A DNA stretch of 64,000 nucleotides from Octopus sinensis (taxonomy: Eukaryota). The notes under the pieces were generated by a model. It saw only the letters and a list, made by a program, of their open reading frames with translations, was not told where the DNA came from and did not search any database. The stretch covers positions 99,758,001 to 99,822,000 of the forward strand of contig NC_042998.1 of assembly GCF_006345805.1 (NCBI RefSeq), read 5' to 3'. A program made the position numbers and the translations under genes. Below are positions 51,544-64,000 of this stretch, piece by piece (position 1 is the stretch's first letter; every line of letters starts with the position of its first letter).

Positions 51544-52241
51544 AAGGCGCCCAAATCTTCTCTATCGAATTAGTGTTCATTGTTTCCAAGTTGGTTTTGA
51601 GAAAGCTCGTGAAATTAGTGCCTTATCTGAAAGTTGGATATTACTGTGTAAACAATTACTGAGAATTGATCCGTATTAGCTGTATAGGTAAGTTATTGGC
51701 TTCTCAGCTGAAGAAACCGTTAGTTCATAAACTCGTCTCCTTCGATGTTTTGGACCTGACACACTTGGTAATAGAGAATGAATAAGATCAGGCATGGAAA
51801 TAGCACGGTAATGGGATATCAATATTTTATGACGCGTGCTCATATTTCATGAACTTTACATAGTAGAGTTTGATCTAATATGTTTTGATTTAATTTGAAA
51901 ATGAATTAAAACTGTATAACTTTATGAAAAGTCAGGTAAAACATAGTCTGTGCAAGTATCTAATTCATAAAAGAAATATTTCTCAAACATTAGTTGACAT
52001 TCAATTATGCTACATTGAAAATCATTTAATTTTCAAATAGGAAAGTCAAAACAGAATTATATTAAGATTTTAACTGTCCCTTTTTCATGTTAGAAGGTGA
52101 CGATGAATTATTTAGGCTTCTAAAATTGATGTTATATTGTTGAGCTAGTTGATATACTAATGGAAAATTTTCTTTGAAAGCTTGTAGTTCATTGAAATTT
52201 ATAATTAATTTTCAAAGTTTGCGGCGCTACATACTTGCATG

Positions 52242-52280
<39 letters not shown>

Positions 52281-52354
52281 TTACACATATATACATACTG
52301 ATGAAAATATACTCATACATACAAACTCTTGTAGAAATTATAGAGTTTCAAGGT

Positions 52355-52396
<42 letters not shown>

Positions 52397-53136
52397 ATAT
52401 ATATACATATTTATTTATTTATTTGTTTGTTTATTCATTTATAGTGTGTGTGTGCTTAATTTTGTATCTATGGAAAAGTCAAATTATAAAATAGGTGATC
52501 GTTTTGCGCAGTTCATGTATTTCCGTGAGTGCTTATAGAACCGGGCCAACAAAAATTTGTCAATGGAACCATAGTGATGTGAAATATATATATATATATA
52601 TTTTTTTTTTTTTCAAAGAGAGTATTTGAAATTACGGGTGAGATGTCTGTATAACTAAACATGTTGGTATTCTGTCATTCATCCATGTAGACATTCGTCT
52701 TCAACACTATGAATTCCAACAAAAGACTTTAGTCTCCTTAAAAGGTACCGAATGTTATTTTCTTCAAAGGAAACATCAAAGGAACCGTCAGTATGATATA
52801 ATTATACATATACATGATTAAATATATGTATACACACAAACACACACGCTCTTCTAGAGAGAGAGAGAGAGAGAGGAAGGGAGAAAGAGAGAGAGGGGAG
52901 GAGGAGGAGGAAAAGAAGAAAATGAAGAAGAGGAATCAATCTCAGTACTTGGTTGATACTTTATATCATTGAACCCAAAAGGATTAAAGTGCTCTGAACT
53001 ATAAGCATTGAAGCAGAACAAAAACTGTAAGGCATTCTAGCTAATTCTTTAACGACTCTACTTCCTTATGTCAGCTGTTGTTCTTTTAATTATTGGATTG
53101 CTATCATGTAAGGACATCATCTAGAAGTGTTTAGCC

Positions 53137-53380
53137 CGGTGGCTATCAACCGGGATTCATATGGCCCTTTGGGGGTCCATATAAGATTTTGTTGTTATAA
53201 TTCATATGCAATAAATTTGTCATACTTCTACATCACACACTATTTTTTAAAATACGATTTCTAATAATATCTAATCATAAAAATATAATAGGATTTTAAA
53301 ACTTCGAATGGCTATGGGGTCCATCCAAGCAAAATAGAAATCAAAGGAGTCCATAGGCAAAAAGAGGTTGAGAAACACTG
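53137..53380. mobile_element. hAT (Charlie-like) MITE, degenerate
   Basis: Right end GGTTGAGAAACACTG, left end CGGTGGCTATCAACC. Imperfect 8-bp TSD GTTTAGCC / GGTTGGCC. Confidence 0.6.
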
Positions 53381-54456
53381 GGTTGGCCGAACAAATCAGC
53401 CCCTACTTTTTAAAGTCCTGTACTTATTGTATGGAACTGAAATCGAATGGGACTGAAACCGAAACGACGCGGTTGCGAAGCGCACTTACTAACCGTACAG
53501 GCGTGTTTGCGCCCCTCCCCTTGTAGATGTGTGCGTGCGTGTATGTGTATAAAAGGCAGGGGGCAATGAGAGTGTGTCTCTGTGTATTTATGTTAAATCA
53601 CGACTACAAACATAAATTATCAAGTAATATTAGACTACAAATGAGCCACATGTGTCTACGACTGGGACTAAAATATGTTGGTTTCCTCCGTTTCCATTAA
53701 AATAGGACAGATACAACATCAAGAAAGTTCTTTAATAGGTCAGCATGAGAAATTGCAACTTCAAACACTACTAGAGATATTAAGTTTGTAATGTGGGCCA
53801 TATTGCAATGCTTTCCCAATTTCTTTTCTATTTCCTGTTTCATATTGTTGTTGTGATTGTTGTTTCTGCTGCTGTCATCGCCGCCGCCGTGTTGTTTTAC
53901 AGTTATTTGATCACGTGAATTGCAATATATATCTCCTGAACTTCCGTTCGGTACATTAACTTCTTCTATTTCAGCAATGTGCTTTCTATCATTCCGAAAA
54001 TGTCGCAAACATCAGTAAAGTCTAATAAAGAAAGATCTGTGTGTTATCCTCGGTAACGAATATCTGTAATGTTGGAAATAATTACCCATGATTGCTGCCG
54101 TGGTTACATCCCTAAGGGGTCGTTCATAAAAAGAAAGAGATGTGTAAGACTGGAGAAATACAATTACTCTCGAGCTTACAACGTTCTTAAACAAAAGATT
54201 GGATAAATAAATGAATGAATATGTATATAAATAAAGAGTGAAAGTAAGACAGATAAAGAAGAAAGAAACGCCACACTTCAAACAATATTCTTTTGTACAC
54301 AATGTATTTAATCTTGTCGCTAATGATTGTTGTAAGCCACTGTAGACAGGAAATGGTTTCAAGCAACAACGGTCACATACGCACGCGCACACACACCGCT
54401 TAAAATCTCTATTGTTCCATTTCATGCTTCCATGCAAATATAGCAGACCAATTCGC

Positions 54457-54500
54457 ATTAAAAAGTAATGTCCAGCGAAGATCGGACATTACTTTTTAAT
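54457..54500. other. Perfect 17-bp inverted repeat with 10-nt loop
   Basis: ATTAAAAAGTAATGTCC-agcgaagatc-GGACATTACTTTTTAAT. Confidence 0.9.
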
Positions 54501-54810
54501 ATTGCTATTTAGCCATAATCAAGTAAACGTATGATCAAAGATATTCCAATAGCGATCATCCTGTCATTTTATTTCTCAGACATAGTGGAACTTCGACTAC
54601 TTTTATCCCATGTTTTACTCTTTTCTCTTCTTTTTCTTAAACAGTAGGATATGATTTGAGAGAAATTTAGCTTCTATTTCTACCAAGTTGAGCGACCATG
54701 ATGAGGCTTTCCCGTTGAATCATCGTTTTTAATGTAGTGGTGGAAGATCATGATAAACAAATGCGGTTTCTTATTGCTTTCTCCAAGTACTTGCAAGGAT
54801 TTGAGTTCAA

Positions 54811-54854
<44 letters not shown>

Positions 54855-55788
54855 GCATATTCATTGTAGGATTTATAATGGGTATAAAACCCCGTCAGTT
54901 TTACTATACTCTCTCCGCCTGCAACAGTTAACCTCATTTACATGTCATCTATTTAAAAATTGTTAGACAGAGCCATTTAGAGACGACTGAGTTAGTTAAA
55001 AAGTTTCGATTTCGATAAAAAAAAAAAACCCTTCCAAGACCCAGAGTCCCATTTAAATCTTCTAATGTCTACGTAAGATGCAGGTGACTAATTAACCAAC
55101 ATAACCTAACCCCTCAAATTAACTGAGACACGTAATGACTTAACAAAAGACGAAACGGAATAGTTGTGGTTGCAGATACTTGGAAATACTAATTGATTGG
55201 CACCCAGCATACCGACTCCTCGGAATAAAACGTATGGAAGGTGAAACTCACCTTAAACGGAACACCATTACTGGATGAATCAACCCGATCATTTCATCTA
55301 CATACTTGTATTTCCTTCATTGCAAAAGTGCTCAACTCCTGGTGGAATGGAAGGAAAGTAACGCCATCGTTTTGTACGGCGTCTTGGATAACTAAACTTG
55401 GTAGAGGCCATCCTTCTTCAAGTTTGACCAAAAAAAAAAAAAAAAGGATAAATCTAGTACCGGACTGGTACGTCAATGGCCCCGAAAAGGCTAAGTTCAC
55501 CTCAGTGGAAAGTGAACTCAAGATGCAGAGGGCCGAAACGACTATAGCAAGGCATTTTACAACAGCACTGTTAACTTATCATTACTACTACGACTTCAAG
55601 GTTGTGTGTGTGTGTGCCTGTGATGTAAACGAGTTGGATCCTAAAAACTTTCCCTGATCAATACTTAGGAGAGAATGGCTGCAAATTTATGTGTGACACA
55701 CACATGTATACATGCACAACACCCCTACGCGTGGCACACACACGTACATACATACATACATACAACAAAAATGCCTCTGGAAGCTTTA

Positions 55789-56152
55789 TCTTTCTATATA
55801 TAAACGGCAAAATGTCTGCGTGTGTGTCCTTTATACAAATCCACAATTTTTCAGTTAGAGGGCTCGCACTTCCTATGGTCATTCAAAACCGTCCAAGGAT
55901 GGTCGTGCACATCTTTACATTTCCCCAGTCACCCCGCAAAGCCATTAAAAAATCAATAGAAGTTACTTTTTTGTGAATTTTCTATCCAAAACCCAATCAA
56001 GATGCGCGAAACTTGATACGTCAATTGAATGCCAGCTAGCTGTATGTGATTGGTCGGAGATTTGGACAGTACACGCGTGTATGTGCGCACGCATGCAGCT
56101 GTATATGCATGCACTAGCACTATGACCCGGCGTTGCTGGGTCATAGAGCAAG
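55789..56152 (+). mobile_element. Non-autonomous Helitron (364 bp)
   Basis: A|TC 5' end (TCTTTCTATATATAAACGGCAAAATGTCTGCGTGTGTG), subterminal hairpin CTATGACCC...GGGTCATAG at 56120-56146, 3' end CAAG|T (one change from CTAG). Confidence 0.7.
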
Positions 56153-56303
56153 TTAATGTTAAAATACAAACCAAAAATATAAACACAGATACAGTACTCT
56201 ATAGTAATTAACAAAGAATGAACAGTTATTGGCCATAGAAATAACTTGGAGTTAGCAGTCCAAATCTTGATTAGTGCTAACATGATTCCCAAGATCCTTA
56301 ATA

Positions 56304-56495
56304 AATAATAAATCCGCCCTTTTAAAGCCTAGCCAGGCTCATGAGTATTACTCATTTTTGCCAGCTGAGTGGACTGGAGCAACGTGAAATGAAGTGTTTT
56401 GCTCAAGAACACAATGCGTCGCTCAGTCCAGGAATCGAAACCACAATCTTACGATCATGATGCTGACACCCTAACTACTTAGCCACGCGCCTCCA
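56304..56495 (-). mobile_element. SINE-C (middle M2, short tail), 14-bp TSD
   Basis: TSD CAAGATCCTTAATA at 56290-56303 and 56496-56509. Head rc TGGAGGCGCGTGGCTAAGTAG. Confidence 0.88.
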
Positions 56496-56819
56496 CAAGA
56501 TCCTTAATACCTACTACAAAAACACAGCAATAGATAACGCCACTGTCGTCAACAGCATTTTCACATGAGACTGAGACGGTTAAAAAGTTACAGGTATAAA
56601 TTACCCAGAAAGGAACCTATAATATGAAAAATACCTCTATACGTTCACATCAAAGTGTGTGTGTGCGTGTTGAAAGTATATTAAATCGATTTTTCTTGTT
56701 TATTATTTGTATACATTTCCATCATCATAGTAGAAATGAAAAGCAGAGCCGACTCCGTTGAGATTTGAACTCAGAACGCAAAAGGTTGTAACTAAATACT
56801 TCAGGTCATTTACTCTTGT

Positions 56820-57120
56820 GTGGAGGCACATGGCCTAGTGGTTAGAGCAGTGGACTCACGGTCGAGGGATCGCGGGTTCGAATCTCAGACCGGGCGATGT
56901 GTGTATTTATGAGCGAAACACCTAAGCTCCACGCGGCTCCGGCAGAATGTAATGGCGAATTTCTGCTAACTCTTTCGCCACAACTTTCTCTCACTATTTC
57001 CTCCTGCATCTTGCAGCTCACCTGCGACGGACCGACGTCTCGTCCAGGTGGGGAACCTATACGCTAAGGAAACCGGGAAACCTTCCCTTATGAGCCAGGC
57101 ATGGCTCGAGAAGGAACAAA
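56820..57120 (+). mobile_element. SINE-C (middle M1, tail T2), full length, 13-bp TSD
   Basis: TSD CATTTACTCTTGT at 56807-56819 and 57121-57133. A-box TGGCCTAGTGG, B-box GGTTCGAATC. Confidence 0.92.
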
Positions 57121-57139
57121 CATTTACTCTTGTTATATT

Positions 57140-57345
57140 GGTTTCACATTTTAGCACAAGACTAGCAATTTCGGAGAAGGAGTTGAGTCAAATACATCGA
57201 CCCCAGTACTCGACCTGTACTTATTTTATCGGCCTCAGAAGTATGGAGGGCAATGTCGACCTCAGTGGAATTTAAATTCAGAACGTAAAGACGGACGAAA
57301 TGCTGCTAAGCATTTTGTTCGACGTGCTAACGTTTCTGCCAGTAT
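57140..57345 (-). mobile_element. SINE-A, short-tail
   Basis: catcgaccccagtactcgacc...gtcgacctcagtggaatttaaattcagaacgtaaagacggacg. Confidence 0.82.
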
Positions 57346-57929
57346 GCTGCCCTATTTACTCCAGTAGTATTATAAGTTTCTTGCATTATTCTAGAAGAGA
57401 GTATTGTAAGGGAAGAAGAATAAGCGATTATATCAACCCCGCTGTATCACTTGGTTCGACCCCGGATACAGAGTTGATAAACAGGTATTTCTAAAGTAGA
57501 GACAGGATTTCAATTTGGTGGGAAGAGCACTGTCAAATAAATCAGCCCGCACTTCGCCGGTTCTTTAGTTTATCGACACTATTGGCGTCTAGGACACTTT
57601 AGTGGAATATATATCAAACCTAGTACTTAACTGATATTATATTTTATTGATCCCTTAATAATAAAAGGTAAAGTTGTTTTCTCTGTGATTTGAACTCAGA
57701 ACATGAACTGACATAATAGTATATCGCAACATATTTTATCCGACGCTCTACCAATTCTGCAAATCTATCACATATACTAAAACAATATTTCATAAAGACT
57801 ACGAGCTTGAAATAAAGTTCAATTCTCGGGGAAAGCTGGCATAAATCAGAATTAAAAAGAAGACTTCACAAACCAAAAGAAAAAGCAAAAGTATTATGTC
57901 AAGTTCAAAACTGTTAATTTTAAGTCTAT

Positions 57930-58040
57930 GTTGTTGTTGTTGTTTGTTCTTTCTCGAGCCATACCTGGCTCATAAGGACCGGTTTCGCGTTTCATTGGCG
58001 TATAGGTTCCCCATCTGGACGGGACGCCGGTCCGTTGCAA
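57930..58040 (-). mobile_element. SINE-C tail T2 fragment with (CAA)n tail
   Basis: Matches 28562-28660. Confidence 0.8.
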
Positions 58041-58650
58041 AACATAATATACTTTTACATATAATATATGTGAATATGCTTCGGAGATAGAACGCTGTTT
58101 TAACTTTTGACACCGTTGCCAATTTGTTTCAACCCAATAATTTATGAAACCTTACACTGATTGTTTTTATGGATTTTGCGTCTGGGAAAAATCCCATACC
58201 CTGTTTGGAAGAGCAGTGACTGTATTGGGATAGTACTAGGGGTGGATCTCCGTCGTTCGACGATGTGGATTCAGTTGTTCGACCAACTGAATTATCTGCT
58301 CCTGAATTAATGCGTAAGTGGCAAAGCATTCCAGAGACGAGTCTACCTTTAACGTAATTTTCAGATAGAATCAGCGTGACAAGGCAGCACCTTATGATTT
58401 ACATGTATAATTCACCTGACGGACTTGTATACAGTTTCCGTCTTTTCATTTTCATTCAAAAGATATGGGTTGACTAAGGCCGTAGAAAATGGCATTTGCC
58501 CAAGATGCCACGTAATGGGATCAAACTCGGGACCTCACGATTGCAAAGCGAACTTCTTAATCCTTCAGACAAGTGGGGCAGCGATTGAGCAGAAACAGCA
58601 CAGGGCAATGAAAACTAACTTCATTCACAACACTTCACAGAGACATTGAG

Positions 58651-58973
58651 TGGCACTCCGTCGGCTTCGATGACGAGTGTTCCAGTTGATCCGATCGCCT
58701 AATCAGACTGCTCGTGAAATTAACGTGCAAATGGCTGAAAACCCCACAGGCACATGTATCCTTTCCGTATTTCTCCAAGAGACTCAGTGTGACACAGAAT
58801 GTGACAAGGCTGGCCCTTTGAAATAACGGTGCTACTCATTTTTCGCTAGCTGAGTGGACTGGAGCAACGTGAAATAAGTGTCTTGCTCAAGGACACAACG
58901 CGTCGCCGAGAATCGAACTCACGACCTTGCGATTACGATCCGAATAGCCTGACCACTAAGCCGTGTCCCTTCA
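58651..58973 (-). mobile_element. SINE-C (middle M2, tail T1)
   Basis: rc ...gttcgattctcggcgacgcgttgtgtccttgagcaagacac...ttcaaagggccagccttgtcac...gtgcca. Confidence 0.85.
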
Positions 58974-59789
58974 CTCAGGAAGACATTACATTGAACTAAA
59001 AGAATAACAATGATATTCTTTCGGGGTTTTTTTCTTCACTATAAAATTCTAGTTTACCTGTTTTGTTAGCCATCCAATTCTTGTAAACAATTTTCAGCCG
59101 AACATAATCAAAAGTCAATTTATATTGGATTTGACATATTAAAAGGCAATTGAATTACTTCAAGAAAAAAAAGAAGAAAAGATCCAGGTCAATTGGTGCA
59201 TATTCATCACATATTATTGCTACAGGTCTATTTTCTTTTCAAAACGTTTTATCTAATTACGACGTCTGTTCAAAAAGGAAGTTATCGTTTATACACTTTA
59301 TAAGCAATAGTCGATGAAAAAAAGAAGAGAAAAAATACAATCAAAAGAAAACAAGAATGCAAATCGAACTTTGTTATTGAAACAGCTAAATTGAAGTGGC
59401 TTGTTTACAGATATATCATAAAAAGGATGTTATTATATTATAAATATTTTCGATTAAAATAATGCGAGGTTATTAATGCTAACATATCAAGAGGCATTCT
59501 TTTAAAACTTGTCAACAGTCTTTGTTAATTTATTTTTCTTTAAATTTTAATACAATTCTTAGTTAATGTTTTGATTCGGAGTAGTTGAAGTCGAAGCATG
59601 CGATACTGTAAAATACTGGTAAGTTCTGAGAAAGCTTTTTAATGAGTTTGTGTGAATATATATGTATGCATTGTGTGTGCGTGTGTGTGTATGTACATAT
59701 ATATATATGATACACTCATCCGTTAATGTAAAACCTCTTGTTCTATTGATTATTTCTTAACCAAGCTATACAGGTACTTACATTGCCAT

Positions 59790-60010
59790 ATAGTTAAGAT
59801 GTTTGTTTTAGCACAGCGTTTCCAAGTTCTATCCCACTGCGTGATACAAGTTTGTCGAGTTGCTTCTTTTGATGTAGAAATATAGTAATTTTAAAATCGA
59901 TAAAATGAGTATCGGATGGGAACAAATACTGGAGCAGATATGCTTGATTAAAATCCTCGAAGGTCGTACCCAAGCATGGCCATAGTCCAACGACTGAAAC
60001 CAGTAAAATA
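59790..60010 (+). mobile_element. SINE-B, degenerate and internally deleted
   Basis: atcccactgcgtga head remnant and caagcatggccatagtccaacgactgaaac tail. Confidence 0.55.
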
Positions 60011-62914
60011 ATAATGGAAAAGGAATATAATTTTAAAAAAGTAACAAAATGCTGGTTCAGTTTGTAAATTGTCTGATTATGGACTAAAGAGTCTTTTGTT
60101 CGCGTTCAGTCATTGTCACTTCACTGCGTTTATGAGCAGGATACTTAATTATTAAGTGCTTCAGTTTACTTAATTGAATAAAAATAACCACGAAGTTACA
60201 GATCGCAGTGCTGAACAATGAAACAAATTGATGTGCGATCCGTAAACTGGTAATACTGAATTCGAATTCTGGAAGACGAATGAAGAATATGAAAATTTCC
60301 TCTTCAAATGACAGTGTTTTTGAGGAAGCTGATGATTGGTAATATTGGAACAGCTTAAACGTGAATAAATGTCCGAGGAATGTCTTTTGAGGTATATGTA
60401 ATGAAAGTTTTCCACCCAAGGATCCATCATAACTGCGGACAATAAATATTGTCCGCAATCAAGATTATACGTTGACATTTAAAAGAGGCACAAGGGAGAT
60501 CTGGAGAACTAGCAAAAGACAGAGTGTGTCTCACAGAGCAAAGATGCCATGACAAAAGCAGATAACAAAAAGGAATTGCTTTCACCTCTTTCAGTAAAAA
60601 AGGTTATAAGAAGATAAGTCTGTCAATCGGGTGATCTAGTACTTAATATAAGAAATGGCACCCCAACAAGACAATGAAATAATGAGAAGGCGATATTTGT
60701 ATTCTGATATACCTTCATGCTCTCTACGACTCATTCTTTGGGTGCGTAATTGTATATTCCTCATGAATTTTAAAACACTTTCCAAAATTAATAGAATTAT
60801 TTAATGCATTTAGACTTTTGCATTGAAACTTTGGTTGTTAGGAAACTTGGATGAACTGTATATAACATATAAATATTGATATCTCATTTGATCAGCTTTT
60901 TCTTCTAAGAATTTTCAATTACCTTTAAAATAACAGGCCATAACACATCGTATCTTATAGAGATATGATAATTGAAATTATGATTGCAGGCCTTCTGACA
61001 GCAAATAACGCTAAATATCTACAAAATAGACCATCAACTCAAAAGTTGAAACAGTTTGAATACTGTCACCTCGAAAAAGCCGGGTAATTCTTCTTCAACT
61101 TACATGCCTCGTAATGGGTTATTTTTGTCTGCTCTAGATGAAGCGTTAATTTAGGACTTTACTTGTAAACTATTAGAAAGTAAATTTCTACCCCAATTTG
61201 AAACAGAGCACTCCACTACTTTGAATACAAGGAGTAAATATGGCTGCATGGTTAAGAAAGTCGCTTCGTATGCATGCAGTTCTGGGTTCTATTTTGTACC
61301 TTAGCTTGAAATTGATCATTATTTTGTGGTTGATAATTGGTAGATGGAAACTCCGTATGGTGGTGGCGGGGGATATTTTGGCGATGTACGTCAGCGAAGG
61401 ATACATTGACAAGACAAGCGAATAGCCATTATTTTACGAAACGCTGCATCGGATTACAAAACTGTTATTCTAACCGTCTGAAAATGACTGAACCAGGGAT
61501 TTGTTTATCAATGATGCTACTGTTTACCAACTCTGTTGTAAAATAAAATTTACTGTAACAGAATGAAAAAACGTTAATTGAGAATGCTTTTTGGATTCAT
61601 GACTCCAACGTAAATGAAGATGTCCTGATTAATTAGAGGAGGATGTTCGTAAACATGACGCTTATACACTCATCACGAATATCGAATCTATACCTTCATG
61701 AATACAGAACGCTGCGGTTTATGGGTCATAAAATTTGAACTACATTGTAAACGATGAAGCAACGCGTAATACCTATCAAACCCACTTAAAATTGGTAATG
61801 ATCCACAGTTCCATAGCCAAGAACAGGCGAGACGATCCCGATCCTTTTCGGGTAAGAAACCAGTCCGTCGTAGATGTAACTCAAAGAAAATTTAAAGCGA
61901 TAAAACTAATAGAATTTTTTTAAAATCCTTTAAGTCGGTTTCAGTACTGTTTATTTAAATTTAATTGCATAACGTTGTAAATATAATATATTTACTAATA
62001 TATTTAACTTTACACTCCTAGTACATAAATAAAATAAAGTGTTCTGGTTAAACATTACAAAATGTTAGTAGCAAACACAAACTCTCCATTCCTACATTTT
62101 TCATATCTTTCTTTTAATGGCTTTTTTTTTTTACTTTCTTCACTTTTTACTTTGTTGTGTTATTATTCAATTTTCATTGGTTCTTTATTTTAATCTAAAT
62201 ATCTATAGCTGGTCTGTTTTATTTCAACTATGTTAACGCTTACTTGTTTTTGATCCTATCAAGGTGCCGTGCAGAAGAGGAATATAACCACAGCTAATCT
62301 GAAAAGTAAGTTAATTTTTAATACACATTAAACAACATTTCCAACCCAATTTATAATTCCAGTGAGTAAATAAATAAGGCAAGTGAAAGAAATAACGAAG
62401 TTCATCAAATATCTCTTCAATCACATTAGCTAATTAAAAACAAAACAAAATTCAGATGAATTTTTTTTGCTAACGGATGTATTCATGTAGTATTTTTTTC
62501 CTGCATTAAAACGAAATCTTCGCATGATAAATAAATCTCCCCAGTACATGTGTCTCATTTAAAAAAAGAATTTCAAGTAACTGTTTCTTTTAACTCGCCG
62601 ATTGCTTGGCACTTCCTTTTCTTTGTTCCATCCGCTTCCTACACCCATCAGGTTTAGAGTGGGCCTCTGTGTGGTTGTTGAATTTGTTAGAAGTAGCAGT
62701 TAACTTTATCTCAGCACATTCCCTACTGTCTTAAAGGACATATTCGATGAGTTTGAGACGCCTTATTTTTTTCCGGGTGGAGAGAGAAAAAAAGCAAGAA
62801 AAATGAAGTTTGAATATATTTTTATCACGGGCGTGCTCGATCAGGGGCTGACAGGTTGCTAAGTAACGTACTGTCCAATCCTTAAATTTTGGAACTCCTA
62901 GAATCTGGATGTCA

Positions 62915-64000
62915 GAATCATTAGCATGTTGGACAAAACACTTAACAGCATTTCTTCCGACTCATTACATTTTCAGTTGAAATCCAGAAAAAATAAAGAA
63001 CCAGTCAAGTAATGGAGTTGATGTAATCGACTAACTCCGCCTTCAAGAAAAAAAAAGCAAGAAAAACTGCTAGCCTTGTGCCAAAACTTGAAACGAAGGT
63101 TGTGAGTCGGCAGAATCGTTGGCACGCCGGACAAAATGCTTGGTGGCATTTCGTCTGTTCTGAGTTAAGATTACACTGAGGTCGATGAAATAAGTATAAA
63201 TTGAACACTGAGGTCGATATGATCGACTGATCACCTCTCGCAAAATTTCAGGCATTTGTGCCTATGATAGAAAGGATTATTGTAGTAAAGGCGGTGAGCT
63301 GACAGAATCGTTCAAAATGCTAAGCGGCATTTCTTCCGGTTCTTTACCTTAGCTTAAATCCCACTGAGGTCAACTTTGTCTTTCATCCTTTTAGAGGTCG
63401 ATAAAAGTACCTGTAATGGAGTACATCAAGGTCGATAAAGTCTGTTAACCAACTCACTTACCCCTAAAAAATTGCTGGCTTTGTACTAAACTCTGAAGCA
63501 TCTATTATAGTAAAAAATGTAGCCTAGATACAAGGTTACATTTTTTCGCCAGACGTATAATCATTTTAATCAGCCGACAGAACTTGGCTGGTAATTTTGT
63601 TTTTTATCGATTCCGGAAGGCAAAGACATCCTCAGCATCATTAGAATACATAATCTAAAGATGTAACTACATGCAGAAAGGCGTTTTGCCCAACGCTCTT
63701 TAGGTTTTTAACATACCACCTTCCTGCAATTGTTATTAATAATTGTTTCTAGCATTGGCAGAAGACCAGGAATTTAGGTGAAGAGGTTAGTCGATTAAAC
63801 TAACCCTGTATTTGACTAGTATAATACTTTAGCCACCTCAGGATAAGGAAATGCAAAGCTGACCTCGGGATTTGAACAGAAACTGTAAAGAGCCGGGAGA
63901 GATAATGCCTGTTGGTATCCAACGCGCTAACGATTTTAACTAATACAATGCCTTAAATTTAGGCTAAAGGCTAGAAATTTTTAGAGAAGAGGTAAGTCGA
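62915..64000. mobile_element. Cluster of degenerate SINE-A copies in both orientations
   Basis: Repeated GGCGGTGAGCTG / AGAATCGTT heads, GAGGTCGA cores and CCTTGTGCC tails. Confidence 0.75.

Noticed and set aside
56820-56900. tRNA-like sequences with A/B boxes (also 7355, 10671, 23420, 44055)
   Set aside because: They are SINE heads that continue into SINE bodies, several with TSDs; I found no complete acceptor stem.

Overview
AT-rich, repeat-saturated metazoan DNA. The repeat content (tRNA-headed SINE families, very long CA/TA/GA microsatellites, RTE, CR1-like and R4/Dong LINE relics) looks like an octopus (coleoid cephalopod) intronic or intergenic region; this taxonomy is inferred from recognising the repeats, not from a search. 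No host gene can be called with confidence. Most listed ORFs are microsatellite translations or antisense shadows of retrotransposons, and only a few splice-bounded candidate exons remain on the + strand. Recognisable parts: three SINE groups (labelled A, B and C here), an older dispersed repeat (D), LINE relics of the RTE, CR1-like, L1/Tx1, R4/Dong and Penelope types, a Ty3/Gypsy (Mag/K02A2.6-like) remnant lacking its RT core, mariner- and hAT-type MITEs, a non-autonomous Helitron, two foldback elements and an apparently identical 1.27-kb tandem duplication. The most interesting signals concern how the elements move: (1) a SINE-A subfamily whose 3' end always abuts GGTATT or a one-base variant, with a 17-bp TSD proving the motif belongs to the target, so it inserts into itself; (2) an RTE LINE with twin-priming-type 5' inversion geometry; (3) a SINE whose 3' tail matches the 3' UTR of a CR1-like LINE in the same window; (4) 2x2 module swapping among SINE-C copies; (5) a 631-bp foldback with a telomere-like, G-quadruplex-capable loop. 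Coordinates of degenerate elements are approximate.
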